Shown here: positions 14,010 to 15,704 of the stretch, piece by piece
How the letters are laid out: every line of letters begins with the position of its first letter
Position numbering within the stretch: the first letter of the stretch is position 1
IMG/VR virus record: IMGVR_UViG_2703718817_000007
Direction: 5' to 3' (one strand)
Length of the DNA stretch: 15,704 nucleotides
Source: a virus
Lineage: Duplodnaviria > Heunggongvirae > Uroviricota > Caudoviricetes
The notes under the pieces: generated by a model
What the model was told of the DNA's origin: nothing
Databases searched by the model: none
The model's input: only the letters and a program-made list of their open reading frames with translations
Translations under genes and position numbers: made by a program

Positions 14010-14314
14010 TGACCACATTTACCAATAAAGAACTGATTAAAGAAATCAAAGAACGAATCAGCAGCCTAGAGGTTCGAGACGATATTGAGCGCCGTGCTTA
14101 TGAAATCGCACTCGTATCTCTGGAAGTAGAGCCAGATGAACGCGAAGCCTATGAATTATTCATGGAAAAGCGTTTCGGTGACTTAGTAGATCGTCGGAGA
14201 GTAAAAAACGGCGATAACGAATACATGGCATGGGATATGACTCTCGGTTGGATCGTCTGGCAGCAACGAGCTGGTATCCATTTTTCAACAATGACACAGC
14301 AAGAGGTGAAATAA
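14009..14314 (+). CDS. yfdT: YfdT-like hypothetical protein, 101 aa
   Basis: ORF track 14009..14314; TAATG overlap with the upstream gene; length equals K-12 YfdT. Confidence 0.6.
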   Translation: MTTFTNKELIKEIKERISSLEVRDDIERRAYEIALVSLEVEPDEREAYELFMEKRFGDLVDRRRVKNGDNEYMAWDMTLGWIVWQQRAGIHFSTMTQQEVK

Positions 14315-14685
14315 TGGAGCCATACAGCCTCACACTCGATGAGGCCTGTCAGTTTCTTAAGATATCCAGACCAACCGCCACCAACTGGATACGAACAGGC
14401 CGCCTACAGGCAACACGTAAAGATCCAACCAAGCCAAAATCTCCTTACCTCACAACACGGCAAGCTTGCATTGCGGCGCTTCAGTCTCCGCTGCATACTG
14501 TCCAGGTGAGCGCGGGTGATGGCATAACAGAGGAAAGAAAATGTCACTCTTCCGCAGAAATGAAATATGGTATGCCTCGTATTCGCTCCCGGGCGGGAAA
14601 CGAATTAAGGAATCTCTTGGCACAAAGGACAAGCGGCAAGCTCAGGAGTTGCACGACAAGCGAAAAGCAGAACTCTGGCGAGTAG
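14314..14685 (+). CDS. xis: Excisionase-like (Xis / AlpA-type HTH) protein; 3' end uncertain
   Basis: ATG at 14314 follows AAGAGGTGA and overlaps the upstream [38 protein letters not shown] parallels the lambda Xis pattern (YLTLQEW..SLETVRRWVRECRI..EYLF) as recalled. The frame has no stop until 14685, overlapping int by 145 nt, unusually long for an Xis. The ORF-track entry 14230..14685 is the GTG-extended form. Confidence 0.5.
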   Translation: MEPYSLTLDEACQFLKISRPTATNWIRTGRLQATRKDPTKPKSPYLTTRQACIAALQSPLHTVQVSAGDGITEERKCHSSAEMKYGMPRIRSRAGNELRNLLAQRTSGKLRSCTTSEKQNSGE

Positions 14686-15704
14686 AAAAGCTAGGGGATT
14701 TACCTGATGTCACTTTTGAAGAGGCCTGCCTAAGATGGCTTGAGGAAAAAGCTGATAAAAAATCTCTCGATTCAGATAAAAGCCGGATTGAGTTCTGGCT
14801 TGAACATTTTGAGGGTATAAGGCTTAAAGATATCTCGGAGGCAAAGATTTACTCTGCTGTAAGCAGAATGCATAACAGAAAGACGAAAGAAATATGGAAA
14901 CAGAAAGTTCAGGCCGCCATCAGGAAAGGTAAAGAACCGCCTGTTTATGAACCAAAGCCAGTATCAACTCAGACAAAGGCAAAGCATCTTGCCATGATAA
15001 AGGCCATTCTCCGTGCTGCAGAACGCGACTGGAAGTGGCTGGAAAAAGCGCCTGTCATCAAGATACCAGCGGTCAGAAACAAGCGAGTCAGATGGCTGGA
15101 AAAGGAGGAAGCAAAACGCCTTATTGATGAGTGCCCCGAACCACTGAAATCTGTCGTCAAGTTTGCGCTGGCAACTGGTCTGAGAAAGTCGAACATCATA
15201 AATCTGGAATGGCAACAAATCGACATGCAGCGACGAGTTGCCTGGGTGAATCCAGAAGAGAGCAAATCAAACCGCGCCATTGGTGTGGCGCTGAACGATA
15301 CCGCCTGTAAAGTGTTGCGTGATCAAATAGGCAAGCATCACAAATGGGTGTTTGTACATACCAAGGCGGCTAAGCGAGCAGATGGAACATCAACGCCTGC
15401 GGTCAGGAAGATGCGCATCGACAGCAAGACATCATGGCTATCAGCTTGTCGTCGTGCAGGAATTGAAGATTTCCGTTTCCATGACCTCAGACACACCTGG
15501 GCAAGCTGGCTGATCCAGTCAGGCGTCCCATTATCAGTGCTTCAGGAAATGGGCGGATGGGAGTCCATAGAAATGGTTCGTAGGTATGCTCACCTTGCGC
15601 CTAATCATTTGACAGAGCATGCAAGGAAAATAGACGACATTTTTGGTGATAATGTCCCAAATATGTCCCACTGTGGAATTATGGAGGATATAAAGAAGGC
15701 GTAA
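14541..15704 (+). CDS. int: Tyrosine site-specific integrase (DLP12 IntD-like by length and N-terminus), 387 aa
   Basis: ORF track 14541..15704; SD GAGGAAAG; catalytic R..HxxR..Y signature near the C-terminus ([11 protein letters not shown].., ..MVRRYAHL). Stop coincides with the window end, so the attachment site lies outside. Confidence 0.9.
   Translation: MSLFRRNEIWYASYSLPGGKRIKESLGTKDKRQAQELHDKRKAELWRVEKLGDLPDVTFEEACLRWLEEKADKKSLDSDKSRIEFWLEHFEGIRLKDISEAKIYSAVSRMHNRKTKEIWKQKVQAAIRKGKEPPVYEPKPVSTQTKAKHLAMIKAILRAAERDWKWLEKAPVIKIPAVRNKRVRWLEKEEAKRLIDECPEPLKSVVKFALATGLRKSNIINLEWQQIDMQRRVAWVNPEESKSNRAIGVALNDTACKVLRDQIGKHHKWVFVHTKAAKRADGTSTPAVRKMRIDSKTSWLSACRRAGIEDFRFHDLRHTWASWLIQSGVPLSVLQEMGGWESIEMVRRYAHLAPNHLTEHARKIDDIFGDNVPNMSHCGIMEDIKKA

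Noticed and set aside
12635-14632. Minus-strand ORFs (81, 61, 90 and 60 aa) inside the early-left operon
   Set aside because: Antisense to the contiguous, translationally coupled plus-strand yfdQ-to-xis genes.
14964-15280. Two minus-strand ORFs (84 and 103 aa) inside the integrase gene
   Set aside because: Antisense to a clearly supported tyrosine recombinase ORF.
1-15704. tRNA, rRNA, CRISPR array, IS element or integration site
   Set aside because: No T-loop/anticodon-arm candidates, no regularly spaced identical repeats with unique spacers, and no transposase ORF were found. The integrase stop coincides with the window end, so any attachment site or tRNA target lies outside.

Overview
This window looks like most of a lambdoid (E. 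coli-type) prophage, read with its late genes on the minus strand. Every call is from reading the sequence and recalling protein families; no database search was run. Left to right: a short ORF at the window edge; bor (+); a convergent lysis cassette on the minus strand (S21-type pinholin, SAR endolysin, and an Rz/Rz1 spanin remnant broken by an internal deletion); an intact NmpC/Lc-type porin moron (+); then a minus-strand early-right operon with Q antiterminator, a Cys/His-motif protein, a KilA-N protein preceded by a consensus LexA box, RusA, a LexA-DNA-binding-domain-only protein, a phage Dam methyltransferase, a PerC-like protein, a replication initiator with internal iteron-like repeats, a possibly frameshifted small gene, a cII-position regulator and cro. 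The immunity switch has palindromic TTGTACC-type operators and a cI repressor (+) with an S24 peptidase domain. Downstream of cI sit a strong promoter with operator half-sites, a boxA-like element, and an AT-rich minus-strand moron (coiled-coil plus zinc-ribbon protein) bracketed by inverted repeats. A 490-bp structured non-coding stretch follows, then an early-left operon (+) whose five genes match K-12 CPS-53 yfdP, yfdQ, yfdR, yfdS and yfdT in order and length, an excisionase-like gene and a tyrosine integrase ending at the window edge. No tRNA, rRNA, CRISPR array or IS element was seen. The most interesting unexplained items are the inverted-repeat-bracketed moron, the LexA box / KilA-N / LexA-like circuit, and the structured non-coding region upstream of the yfdP-like gene.
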